Shown: in pieces, positions 17,977 to 26,785 of the stretch
How the letters are laid out: each line of letters opens with the position of its first letter
How positions within the stretch are numbered: the stretch's first letter is position 1
NCBI GenBank assembly: GCA_035574915.1
Contig: DATLYJ010000089.1
Coordinates: forward strand, 1 to 61,681
Source: Dehalococcoidia bacterium
Lineage (GTDB): Bacteria; Chloroflexota; Dehalococcoidia; DSTF01; WHTK01
DNA: 61,681 nucleotides
Reading direction: 5' to 3'
The notes under the pieces: generated by a model
The model's input: only the letters and a program-made list of their open reading frames with translations
Databases searched by the model: none
What the model was told of the DNA's origin: nothing
Program-made: the position numbers and the translations under genes

Positions 17977-18627
17977 TCACCCCTCTTGCGGCCGGCCTTC
18001 CGCGCGCCACTCCGCCCATCCGCCTTCAACGCGCACCGCATCGAATCCCTTCTCGCGCAGGAGGGCGACGGCCTCGTCGGCGAACAGGCAGTATGCGCCG
18101 CGGCAGTAGGCAACGATGCGCCTGTCCTTTGGGAGGGAGTCCAGCCTGGCGGGCAACTCCTCGATAGGCACGGGCAACGCCCCCGGGATGTGCCCGCTCG
18201 CGAACTCGACCGCGGGCCGCACGTCGATGACAAGGATGTTGTCCGACCCGATGGCCTGCTGCAGGGCTTCGCGCCCAAGTCCCGGGGAAGCGAGCCCGAA
18301 GTCGCTTGCGAGCTGTCGGACTTCCGGCAGGCGCCTCTCGGCAGCCGCGCGGAGCGTGAGCCAGAGATCGAGGACGTCGTCGCCGGCAAGACGGTAGACG
18401 ACGCGGTTCCCCGCCTTCTCCGCAGTGACCAGCTTCGCCTGCCGCAGGGCCTGCAGGTGCTGAGAGACGTTGGCCACGGACATTTCGGTCTCGGCCGCCA
18501 GCGCTTCGACGTGCCTCGGCGCCTGCGCGAGCAGGTCAAGGAGTTCGAGCCGCTTGTCCGAGGCCAGGCAGGACCCGAGGCGGGCGAACTCTGCGTAAAG
18601 GCGGTTCTTGAAGGCGCGGTGGCTCAC
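17977..18627 (-). CDS. ArsR-family transcriptional regulator fused to a rhodanese domain
   Basis: ArsR HTH (LELLDLLAQAPRHVEALAAETEMSVANVSQHLQALRQAKLV) followed by rhodanese (ILVIDVRPAVEFASGHIPGAL...IVAYCRGAYCLFADEA). Confidence 0.85.
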   Translation of the reverse strand: MSHRAFKNRLYAEFARLGSCLASDKRLELLDLLAQAPRHVEALAAETEMSVANVSQHLQALRQAKLVTAEKAGNRVVYRLAGDDVLDLWLTLRAAAERRLPEVRQLASDFGLASPGLGREALQQAIGSDNILVIDVRPAVEFASGHIPGALPVPIEELPARLDSLPKDRRIVAYCRGAYCLFADEAVALLREKGFDAVRVEGGWAEWRAEGRPQEG

Positions 18628-18659
18628 AACTCAATCCTATTGGCGCGAAGGGCCCCGGC

Positions 18660-18697
18660 TCAAGATATGTTAGTCAACTATTCAACTATTATCTTGA
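18660..18697. promoter_or_regulatory. Candidate operator in the divergent ArsR / MFS promoter region
   Basis: Inverted repeat TCAAGATA (18660-18667) / TATCTTGA (18690-18697) enclosing a perfect tandem TCAACTAT TCAACTAT (18674-18689). AT-rich island in GC-rich DNA. Confidence 0.35.
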
Positions 18698-18728
18698 AGT
18701 TATGAACTGAGGATGCCATCATCCAGGC

Positions 18729-19991
18729 GTGCAGCAGAACGCCACCACCATCTTGCCGCAGCAAGTGGTCCTTGGCCTGGGTGCAAACTGGCGGCAGTTC
18801 GCGCTTCTCGTCGCCGTGAACTGCTTTGTCGGCTCGATGGTAGGCCTGGAGCGCTCGGTCTTCCCCCTACTCGCGGAGGCCGAGTTCGGCGTGCGTTCTG
18901 CCACCGCGGCCACGTCATTCATCGCGACGTTCGGGGTGGCCAAGGCCTTCGCCAACCTTGCGGCGGGGAGGCTCGCCTCCCGGTTCTCGAAGAGGCGCCT
19001 GCTTCTGGCGGGCTGGGCCTTCGGCCTTCCGGTACCTTGGCTATTGGTCCTCGCGGACTCGTGGGGCTGGGTCGTCGCGGCAAACCTCCTCCTCGGGCTG
19101 AACCAGGGCCTGACGTGGTCGATGACCGTAAACATGAAGGTGGACCTGGTCGGGCCGCGCCGCCGCGGCCTCGCGCTGGGGCTGAACGAAGCAGCTGGCT
19201 ATATGTCCGTCGCCGCCGCGGCCTACCTCAGCGGCGAAGTCGCTGCCGCGCACGGGCTCAGGCCAGGGCCCCTCTATCTCGGCATAGCCTTCAGCGCCGC
19301 CGGCCTTGCGCTGAGCACGCTGGTAAAGGACACGACGGCCCACGTGCGACTGGAGGCGGCCCCCCTCGGCGCCGGGGGCACCTCGCTGCTCGCGGCCTTC
19401 GCCGATGCGACCTGGCGGCGGCGGCAGCTCTGGGGCGCCTCGCAGGCGGGCCTCACGAACAATCTCAATGACGCCGTGCTCTGGGGCATCTTCCCCATCC
19501 TTTGTGCACGCCGCGGCTTCTCTCTCGAGGAGATAGGACTGCTGGCCGCGGCCTATCCGCTGGTCTGGGGAGCCCTTCAGCCCGCCACGGGCGCGCTTGC
19601 GGACGTCGCCGGGAGGAAGCCCCTGGTGGTCGCTGGCATGGCCGTGCAGGCGATCGCGATCTGGCTCGCCGCCGGCTCGACCTCGTTCGGCGGACTGCTG
19701 GTCCTGGTTTCAACGGTGGGGATCGGTACGGCGCTGGTCTATCCGACGCTCCTGGCTGCAGTCAGCGACGCGGCGCACCCGGAGGACCGCGCCAGCCTGC
19801 TGGGTGTGTATCGATTCTGGCGCGACGCCGGCGCCATCGCCGGAGCGCTTCTCGGCGGCGCCATAGCCGATGCTGCTGACCTGGGCGACGCCATGCGGTT
19901 CGTGGCGCTGGTAACGTTTGCTGCGGGCGTCGTCGCGGCTTTCACGCTGAGTCCTGCGAAAGACCGTGCTTATGCTGGAGGTGGGTCATGA
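18729..19991 (+). CDS. MFS transporter
   Basis: About 12 hydrophobic segments with MFS-like loops (GRLASRFSKRRLL). ATGA overlap with the downstream gene. Confidence 0.8.
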   Translation: MQQNATTILPQQVVLGLGANWRQFALLVAVNCFVGSMVGLERSVFPLLAEAEFGVRSATAATSFIATFGVAKAFANLAAGRLASRFSKRRLLLAGWAFGLPVPWLLVLADSWGWVVAANLLLGLNQGLTWSMTVNMKVDLVGPRRRGLALGLNEAAGYMSVAAAAYLSGEVAAAHGLRPGPLYLGIAFSAAGLALSTLVKDTTAHVRLEAAPLGAGGTSLLAAFADATWRRRQLWGASQAGLTNNLNDAVLWGIFPILCARRGFSLEEIGLLAAAYPLVWGALQPATGALADVAGRKPLVVAGMAVQAIAIWLAAGSTSFGGLLVLVSTVGIGTALVYPTLLAAVSDAAHPEDRASLLGVYRFWRDAGAIAGALLGGAIADAADLGDAMRFVALVTFAAGVVAAFTLSPAKDRAYAGGGS

Positions 19992-21349
19992 AAGTCATCC
20001 CGTTCGTCCATGAGGGCCTCGGCAATAGCTCCTATCTGGTCGACCTGGGTGACGGCAGCGGTCTTCTCGTCGACCCGAACCGAATCGTGCGGCCCTATCT
20101 CGCGGCGGCGCAGGAGCGCGGGCTGCGCTTGCGCGCCGTACTGGAGACGCACCTGCACGCCGACTTCGTCTCCGGCGCCCGTGAGGTCGCCGCGGCCTCC
20201 GGAGCGACCCTCTTCCTGCCGGCGAGCGCGGGCTCGCGGTTGCAGCACACGGGGCTGGCGGCGGGAGAGTCCTTGCGGCTGGATGGCGTGGAAGTGGAGG
20301 TGATCGGCTCGCCGGGGCACACGCCTGAGCACCTGGCCTACGTCCTGCGCACGGCCGCGGGACCGCCTCACCTGTTTTCCGGCGGCTCGCTCATCGTGGG
20401 AGGAGCCGCCCGGACGGACTTGATAGCTCCGGACATGACGGTGGCACTCACGCGCGCTCAGTTCCGGACGTTGCGCGACGCCTTCGCCGCTCTGCCAGAC
20501 GAGACGGTCCTGCTGCCGACGCACGGCGGCGGCTCCTTCTGCTCGACCGGCAGCGGGCAGCAGCGGCAGTCGACGCTGGGACAGGAGCGGCGGACGAACC
20601 CACTGCTGGCCTTCGAGGACGAGCAGGAGTTCGTCGATTGGTTCCCGACGACATTCCCGGCCACACCGGCCTACTACTCGCGCATGCGGCCTCTCAACCA
20701 GCAGGGCCCCAGGCTTCGCACGGAGGTCGCGCCGCCGCCGTCGCTGGCGCCGGCCGATTTTGCAGCAAGGGCCGTGGCGGACGGCATCGTGATCGACGCC
20801 CGGCCGCGCGGGGAGTATGCCGCCGCCCACATTCCCGGCTCGCTGAGCATCCCTTTTCGCGATGCCTTCGCCGTGTGGCTCGGCTGGCTCGTGCCGGAGC
20901 GCAGGCCCCTTTACTTCGTGGCGGCGCCCGAGGTCCGCGACGCCATCGTGGACGAGTGCCTCCTCGTGGGCTACGAGGATTTCGGGGGATGGCTTGAGGG
21001 AGGCATCGCCGCCTGGAAGGCGTCCGGTCGCGAGATACGCCGCACGGACCTCCTGTCGCCGGAGGCGGCCCGGGCGGTGCTGTCCGCGGGCGCCGTCGCG
21101 GCCGACGTGCGGGAGGCGGATGAGTTTGCGGCCGGCCACCTCGAGGGCGCCCTCTCTATCCCGCTCGGAGACCTCCCGGCGCGCCTGGCCGAGCTGCCGC
21201 GAGACAGGCCTGCCGTCGTCTACTGCGCCGCCGGAGACCGCGCCTCCTCCGCCGCGTCCCTCCTGGAGGCGGCCGGCTTCCGACAGGTCTTCAGCCTGGA
21301 GGGTGGCGCTGAAGCCTGGCGCGAGGCCGGCCTGCCCCTGACCCGTTAG
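19988..21349 (+). CDS. MBL-fold persulfide dioxygenase-like hydrolase fused to two rhodanese domains
   Basis: ETHLHADFVSG metal motif and GSPGHTPEH, then rhodanese blocks (IDARPRGEYAAAHIPGSL; ADVREADEFAAGHLEGAL...VVYCAAGDRA). Confidence 0.85.
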   Translation: MKVIPFVHEGLGNSSYLVDLGDGSGLLVDPNRIVRPYLAAAQERGLRLRAVLETHLHADFVSGAREVAAASGATLFLPASAGSRLQHTGLAAGESLRLDGVEVEVIGSPGHTPEHLAYVLRTAAGPPHLFSGGSLIVGGAARTDLIAPDMTVALTRAQFRTLRDAFAALPDETVLLPTHGGGSFCSTGSGQQRQSTLGQERRTNPLLAFEDEQEFVDWFPTTFPATPAYYSRMRPLNQQGPRLRTEVAPPPSLAPADFAARAVADGIVIDARPRGEYAAAHIPGSLSIPFRDAFAVWLGWLVPERRPLYFVAAPEVRDAIVDECLLVGYEDFGGWLEGGIAAWKASGREIRRTDLLSPEAARAVLSAGAVAADVREADEFAAGHLEGALSIPLGDLPARLAELPRDRPAVVYCAAGDRASSAASLLEAAGFRQVFSLEGGAEAWREAGLPLTR

Positions 21350-21576
21350 GCGACTAAAGGAGCCGCGGCGGAGGCGCGCAGGCCGGCCAGATGCCTGCCG
21401 ATGCGAGGGCTGGGCGCTGCCCGGGCAGGCGCTACCGGGAGTGCCTCGGCCACCGGCCCGCCCGGCGTGCGCCACGCCTCAGCTTGCAGGGTCAGAGATT
21501 CACCCTGGTCCCTCGCTGTGCCCTGCCTCTCAGGATCGGCGGCGTAACAACCGATTCTCATTATGTGAGGGTGTCA

Positions 21577-22305
21577 ATGAATCGGGAGTCGATCCTTTCT
21601 CTCGTCCGCAGCGAGCCGGAAGGAGTGAAGCTGCTGGCCGAAGTCGCCGCCGGCGGCGCGGTCGTGCTTGCGGCCTGGTCGCTTATCGGCGACAGCCTGA
21701 TGAGCGACCTCCTGTATGCCCCCATCACGCTCGCCCTGGCGGCTGCCTACGCGGCCGCGCTCATAGGCTTCACCGGCTCCCTGGTCCACGGCGCCGACCG
21801 CTGGCAGGTCGAGTCCGCGCGCCAGGCGCGGCGCTTGCTCCGCACGGCGCCTCCTGCTCCGGGCGCAACGCCCGGTCCTGTCTCGCGCACGCCGACGTCG
21901 TTCGACTTCTGGTACTTCGTCCTGCGTCTGGAGGACGAGATCAGGCTCGCGCGCCGCCAGGGCCAGAGGGTCAGCATAGTGCTAATGCGCATCGACCCGC
22001 CCGGCGGCGCAACGGACAGCGCCATCGAGCAGATCAACTTCGACGTGGCCAGCATTGCTGCGAGCTACGCTCAGACAATGAGCATGCCGAGCGCCATCGC
22101 CCCCCTCGAGTACGCCTTTGTCATGCCGGGCGCCGGCCGCGAGGATGCGAGGTCGCGCGTGGCGCCCCTCCTCGGCCCGTTGGGCGATTACTGGTGCGAG
22201 TTCGCGATCGCGGTGTATCCCGACGACGCCACCCAGGCGGAGGCGCTGGTGCAGTTCGCTCAGGAGGAGCTGGACCGCTCGCTCGAGGACGAGGCCGCGA
22301 GTTAG
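21577..22305 (+). CDS. Membrane protein with a degenerate GGDEF-like domain
   Basis: ATG after GAGGG. Two TM segments, then a GGDEF-like layout (FWYFVLRLEDEIRLARRQGQRVSIVLMRID...) with APLEYAF where GGDEF is expected. Confidence 0.5.
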   Translation: MNRESILSLVRSEPEGVKLLAEVAAGGAVVLAAWSLIGDSLMSDLLYAPITLALAAAYAAALIGFTGSLVHGADRWQVESARQARRLLRTAPPAPGATPGPVSRTPTSFDFWYFVLRLEDEIRLARRQGQRVSIVLMRIDPPGGATDSAIEQINFDVASIAASYAQTMSMPSAIAPLEYAFVMPGAGREDARSRVAPLLGPLGDYWCEFAIAVYPDDATQAEALVQFAQEELDRSLEDEAAS

Positions 22306-22763
22306 CGCAACGGCAGGTCCATCCAGCGGTGCTCGATTCCCGCATCGAGGAAGATGTCGCCCCGTGCCCTGTAGCCGAGACGCTCGTAGAAGCCGATGGC
22401 GTGCAACTGAGCGGCGAGGGTGATGCCGGGGTAGCCCAGTTCGTGCGCCCTCTCCTGCAGGGCCTGCATGAGGAGGCGGCCGAGACCCTTGCCTCTGTGC
22501 TCGCGCAGCACGGCGACGCGCCCGATGTGGGCGTAGTGCGGTGGGCCGTCCTCCAGCAGTAGACGCCCGGTGGCCACTGGCTCACCGTCCAGGCGCAGGA
22601 GCGCGTGCTCAGCCGTGCGCCCCCAGGCCTCCGGGGCGTCCAGGCCGTCGATCTCCAGGTCCTCGGGCACGCCCTGCTCCTCGATGAAGACTGCCCGGCG
22701 GATGCGCAGCGCCTCAGCCATGGCCGCGTGGCCCCTCACGAACTCGACCTTCACGTCGCTCAC
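22302..22763 (-). CDS. GNAT family N-acetyltransferase
   Basis: ALRIRRAVFIEEQGVP... HIGRVAVLREHRGKGLGRLLM ... FYERLGY are GNAT motifs A/B. Confidence 0.85.
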   Translation of the reverse strand: MSDVKVEFVRGHAAMAEALRIRRAVFIEEQGVPEDLEIDGLDAPEAWGRTAEHALLRLDGEPVATGRLLLEDGPPHYAHIGRVAVLREHRGKGLGRLLMQALQERAHELGYPGITLAAQLHAIGFYERLGYRARGDIFLDAGIEHRWMDLPLR

Positions 22764-22943
22764 GGAGCGAGTCTACAGCGCGCGGCCCGGTCTTCCGAGG
22801 GAAGCGTGGCGGAGATGTCCGGGAAGCATGCGGCCTAGGGGCAGAGTACGGACGACGGAGCGCAGGAGAGTTGAGGTGGCGGCGAATGTGAGCGCCCGGC
22901 GCTGGAGAGACCGGTGCTAGTATGGCCCTGGCCAGGGGGTCGG

Positions 22944-23367
22944 ATGCCTCGCGACCTTAAGCTTGCAAGCTGGCGGCTGCTGTTGCTGGCCGCACTCTCT
23001 CTCGGTCTCGCGTTCGCGGTCGTGGGCTGCGGCAGCGACATTGGCGGCGCAGCCGTTACGGCGACGGCGTCGGACGCTGGCGCGACCTCGCCGCCTCCCT
23101 CCACCCCTCTGGGCCGGTGGTGACGTGGTGGCATGGACGGAGGCATACTGCGGGCCGGATCGCGGCAGGGCGCGCGTCCTCGACCGCCGCACCGGATCGG
23201 TGACAGGGTTGGACCAGTCGCTGTGGGTGACGGTCACGCCTGGTGGGCTCTTCGGCGCGGGCGAGTTCGGCCCGTCCGACCTCATCGACCCGAGGACGTG
23301 GCAGTACGTGGCGGTCCTGCCGCCGCGCGCGGGCGGGAGCGGCCCTGCTATTGACGTGAACTGGTAG
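22944..23367 (+). pseudogene. Disrupted lipoprotein gene (frameshift plus in-frame TAG), possibly PD40/TolB-like
   Basis: Frame 0 gives a lipobox signal peptide (LSLGLAFAVVGC|GSD) ending at TGA 23123. Frame +1 continues with plausible sequence (WAGGDVVAWTEAYCG...AIDVNW), then TAG, then PDYKYASRG. Confidence 0.4.
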
Positions 23368-23432
23368 CCGGATTACAAGTACGCGAGCCGTGGTCAGGCG
23401 TTCGGCCACGGCGGCTATTGCGGGTAGGAACC

Positions 23433-23633
23433 ATGCCCAGCAGGCGCGACACGGTAATAATCCTCATCGCGGCGGTGGTCATCGCCGTTTTGGCCTGGGC
23501 ATTCCTTGCGCGCGACGAGAGCAGCGCCCCGACCGCGCCACCTGGCGGACTGCACCAACCGGCGCCTCTGTGGCCCGCCGCGTACCTGCTGGTCTACGCC
23601 TCGTCGCCCGCGGGGTTGCCGGCATTGCCATAA
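23433..23633 (+). CDS. Small signal-anchored hypothetical protein, or a truncated remnant
   Basis: MPSRRDTVIILIAAVVIAVLAWAFLA TM anchor. The 3' end overlaps the convergent hsp20 by 40 nt. Confidence 0.25.
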   Translation: MPSRRDTVIILIAAVVIAVLAWAFLARDESSAPTAPPGGLHQPAPLWPAAYLLVYASSPAGLPALP

Positions 23634-24013
23634 CGCCGTCCCTGGACGCGGCTTACGCGCTCCGGCCTCACCTCCGCAGCCTTCATCTCGTCGGACACGG
23701 GGAGGGAGACGGTGAGGACGCCGTTCTCGTAGGTGACGTTCGCCATCTCACCGTCGACGGGGGTGTCGAGCGAGAGGCGCCGGTAGTAGGGTCCCGGGTT
23801 CCATTCGTCCAGGATGACCTCTTTGTCGCCCTTGAAGGCGCCGCGGAGACGCCCTTCCAGCACGACCTCACCCTCGCGGGTGACGTGCACCTGGATGTCT
23901 TGAGGCTCCAATCCGGGAAACGGGGCGGCGATGGTCACGCGATGGTCGCTGCGGTAGAGCTTCACCGGCGTGTCGTCCTGCCTTGGTCCTTCGTAAGGCC
24001 TGCCTTGCTGCAT
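23594..24013 (-). CDS. Hsp20/alpha-crystallin family small heat-shock protein
   Basis: Alpha-crystallin domain pattern (YRSDHRVTIAAPFPGLEPQDIQVHV...YRRLSLDTPVDGEMANVTYENGVLTVSLP). GAGGA lies 5 nt upstream of the ATG. Confidence 0.9.
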   Translation of the reverse strand: MQQGRPYEGPRQDDTPVKLYRSDHRVTIAAPFPGLEPQDIQVHVTREGEVVLEGRLRGAFKGDKEVILDEWNPGPYYRRLSLDTPVDGEMANVTYENGVLTVSLPVSDEMKAAEVRPERVSRVQGRRYGNAGNPAGDEA

Positions 24014-24219
24014 CAGTGTCCTCTCGTTTTTCTGCGGGCGTTCGAGTCGGAGCCGGAGCGTCCGGAGCGCGGCCGGGCCGCGCGCGTGTCGATGGCCGTG
24101 GCGCGAGAGACGCGCCGCCCGTCCTGCTCGCGGCGTCTCGAAGACCAGGCTCCCGCAGCCGCGCGAGCCCCGTGGCGAGCGTCGTGGGCGTCTCTCGGTC
24201 GGCTGTCGCTGTCCGCCAT
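24013..24219 (-). CDS. Candidate 68-aa Arg-rich leader ORF translationally coupled to hsp20
   Basis: ATG 24219 lies 6 nt after AGGAGG. High GC3. Its TGA overlaps the hsp20 ATG (TGATG). No recognisable family; it could be non-coding leader RNA. Confidence 0.3.
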   Translation of the reverse strand: MADSDSRPRDAHDARHGARAAAGAWSSRRREQDGRRVSRATAIDTRAARPRSGRSGSDSNARRKTRGH

Positions 24220-24349
24220 CTCCGCCTCCTGCAACCTGAATAGCACCTGGTCCCTTGCCACCGGATAAGGACGCGGCCGTGACCGCTCTCGGCTCGGTGA
24301 CAGACTCGTCGCGACGCGGCTACCATTCCCCCAGCACCAGCGAGGGTCC

Positions 24350-25708
24350 GTGATGGATGAAGACCTCCTCTCGATAGCCTCGGACATCGTCGAAAAGGCC
24401 AGGCGGCTCGGCGCCGACCAGGCGGACGCCTACGTCGTCGCATCGAACGAGTCGTCCGTGCAGGTGCGCCGCGGCGCGGTCGAGCGCGTGATCGACGCCG
24501 GCTCGCGCGCCGCTGGCATCCGCGTGATCAAGGAAGGCCGCACGGCGGTCTGCTCGACGGCGGACATGACGCCGAAGGCGCTGGAGCAACTGGTGCGCGA
24601 CGCCGTTGACCTGGCTTCGATCTCGGAGCCAGACGCCTATGCCGGCTTGCCCGAGCGCGCGGACCTGGCGTCTGGCGTCCTCCCGGACCTCCAGCTTTAC
24701 GATGAGCAGATCGAGTCCCTTACTGCGGACGAGATGCGGGAGATGGCTTTGCGCTGCGAGGCGGCCGCCTTCGACTACGATGGCCGCGTCACGAACTCCG
24801 ACAGCTGCGCCATGGAGGTCCGGCGCGGTGTCGTTGCCCTGGCGAACAGCCTTGGCTTCGCCGCCTCTTACCCTTCGACGGCGGCCGGCATCATGATCGA
24901 GGCCATCTGCGACGACGCGGAGGGCAAGAAGCGCAACGACTACTGGCATAGCTACGAGCGCGCGCTGCACCGGTTGGAGAAGCCGGAGGAGGTCGGGCGC
25001 AAGGCCGCGGCCCGCGCCGTCGCGAAGCTCGGAGCGCGCAAAGTGGCGACGAAGGCGGTACCCGTCGTCTGGGAGGCGCCGGTGGCGACGGCGCTGTTGC
25101 GGGTGATCGGCCAGGCGGTGTCCGGCGAGGCGTTGTACAGACGCGCTACCTTCCTTGCCGACCTTGAGGGCCGCCAGGTGGCGTCGCCTCTGTTCACGCT
25201 GACCGACGACCCCCTGCTGCCGGGAAGGTTGGGATCGCGCCCGTTCGACGGAGAAGGCGTGGCCTCGCGGACGCTGCCCGTCTTCGAGCAAGGCATCTTC
25301 CGGGCGTTCCTCTTCGACACCTACAACGCCCGCCGGCTGGGGCGCCGGGCGACGGGGGCGGCCCATCGCAGCATCGATTCGGCGCCGGCCCCGGGGACCT
25401 CGAACCTCGTCCTGTCTCCCGGCACGACGCCTCCGGAGGCGCTTTACGCCGACATAGAGGAAGGACTGTTCCTCACGGACATCATGGGCTTCGGCGTGAA
25501 CCTGACGACGGGGGACTTCTCTCGCGGCGCGCAGGGCTTCTGGATCGAGAAGGGCGCCCTCGCGTTTCCCGTGACCGAGGTCAACATCAGCGGCAACCTC
25601 AAGGACATGCTCGCGGCGATTGACGCCGTGGGCAGCGACTTGCTCTGGCGCGGCGGCATCGCGGCGCCGAGCCTGCGCATCGGCCGCATGACCGTGAGCG
25701 GCCTCTAG
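24350..25708 (+). CDS. pmbA: TldD/PmbA family metalloprotease (PmbA-like)
   Basis: LLSIASDIVEKARRLGADQADAYV...SSVQVRRGAVE and the C-terminal GDFSRGAQGFWIEKG block are typical of PmbA. No adjacent tldD. Confidence 0.88.
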   Translation: MMDEDLLSIASDIVEKARRLGADQADAYVVASNESSVQVRRGAVERVIDAGSRAAGIRVIKEGRTAVCSTADMTPKALEQLVRDAVDLASISEPDAYAGLPERADLASGVLPDLQLYDEQIESLTADEMREMALRCEAAAFDYDGRVTNSDSCAMEVRRGVVALANSLGFAASYPSTAAGIMIEAICDDAEGKKRNDYWHSYERALHRLEKPEEVGRKAAARAVAKLGARKVATKAVPVVWEAPVATALLRVIGQAVSGEALYRRATFLADLEGRQVASPLFTLTDDPLLPGRLGSRPFDGEGVASRTLPVFEQGIFRAFLFDTYNARRLGRRATGAAHRSIDSAPAPGTSNLVLSPGTTPPEALYADIEEGLFLTDIMGFGVNLTTGDFSRGAQGFWIEKGALAFPVTEVNISGNLKDMLAAIDAVGSDLLWRGGIAAPSLRIGRMTVSGL

Positions 25709-25820
25709 GTGCCCGCGGCGGAATCACCGTGCTCACTCCGACCGCCGCGGCTTCCGCCGGCCAGGCCTGGCCCTTGCCGGCGCAAGAGCGCCCAGCGACG
25801 ACCACGCCTCGGCCACAGGC

Positions 25821-25848
25821 TTGACTCGACCGAGCCTTGCCCTATGCT
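25821..25848 (+). promoter_or_regulatory. Sigma-70-like promoter TTGACT-N16-TATGCT
   Basis: 25821-25826 TTGACT and 25843-25848 TATGCT, about 40 nt upstream of the hydrolase gene. Confidence 0.45.
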
Positions 25849-25885
25849 GGGGCGCGGCAGAAGGAAACTTGCAGCCTCCTAGAGA

Positions 25886-26785
25886 GTGAGACCAGACCGG
25901 ATGGGCAGTATCGCGGCAGTCGACGAGAAAACGGGACGCAAGTTCTTCCTTGACGACCCGGACGACCTGCAACCGGGTGAGAGCCTGACCTTCATCCTGA
26001 ACCTGCACGGCGGCGGGTCCGTCGGCATGTGGCAGCGCGAGTACTTCCCCGCATACAAGTACAAGGAGGCCTACCGGCTCGTAATCGCCACGCCGTCGGC
26101 CGCCACCAAGGAGCCGTCACGGCGGTGGGTGGCCGAGGCGGACGACGAGCACCTGCAGAACATCGTCGAGTACGTGTTCGCGAAGTACGGCAAGGAGAAC
26201 ATCCGCGCCTTCTGGCTCGTTGGCCACTCGCAGGGCGGGATGACATCGCAGCGGCTCCTGAACACGGAGTACTTCGCGAAGCGCGTCGACGGCTGGCTCA
26301 GCCTGTCGGGAGGACGCATCGGCCCGGCGGAACGGGCGCCGAACTTCGGGCGCCCAGCGCCGGAGGGCGTGGCCCCCGGCACGGCCGCGCCCCCTGCCGG
26401 CTTTAGCCGGCCGCCGGTGCCAGACTGCGACTTCTCGTTCATCTACGCGACGGGCGAGCACGAGATTGCCTCTCTGCCCGAGACCTCACCCTGGGCCGAG
26501 AAATACGGCGCCGGGCCTAGGGTCCGCCTGCCAGACGTGGTCGACACGGAACCGGGCCTGATCTACGACCGGCTCAGCGAGGGCAGGTCGAGCCCGGCCT
26601 GGGGCCTCTACCCGCGACCCGGCACAGCTCAGGTCTACGTCTATCCGAATGCCCGCGATGGACGCGTAATCGCGGATGTCGTGCGGCTCGACAAGGGGCA
26701 CACGGAGGGCCTGGAGCCGAGGATCACGGAGGAACTGATCAAGCTCATGGTGTCGGCGCCAGGGGGCAAGGCCCACCGAGTCTAG
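25886..26785 (+). CDS. Alpha/beta hydrolase (esterase / PHA-depolymerase-like)
   Basis: LNLHGGGS oxyanion-like block and nucleophile elbow GHSQGG. The start is GTG 25886 or ATG 25901. Confidence 0.72.
   Translation: MRPDRMGSIAAVDEKTGRKFFLDDPDDLQPGESLTFILNLHGGGSVGMWQREYFPAYKYKEAYRLVIATPSAATKEPSRRWVAEADDEHLQNIVEYVFAKYGKENIRAFWLVGHSQGGMTSQRLLNTEYFAKRVDGWLSLSGGRIGPAERAPNFGRPAPEGVAPGTAAPPAGFSRPPVPDCDFSFIYATGEHEIASLPETSPWAEKYGAGPRVRLPDVVDTEPGLIYDRLSEGRSSPAWGLYPRPGTAQVYVYPNARDGRVIADVVRLDKGHTEGLEPRITEELIKLMVSAPGGKAHRV

Noticed and set aside
24220-24349. CIRCE (HrcA) or HAIR (HspR) operator upstream of hsp20.
   Set aside because: Only a partial TAGCAC resemblance is present. There is no TTAGCACTC-N9-GAGTGCTAA and no inverted repeat of the HAIR type.
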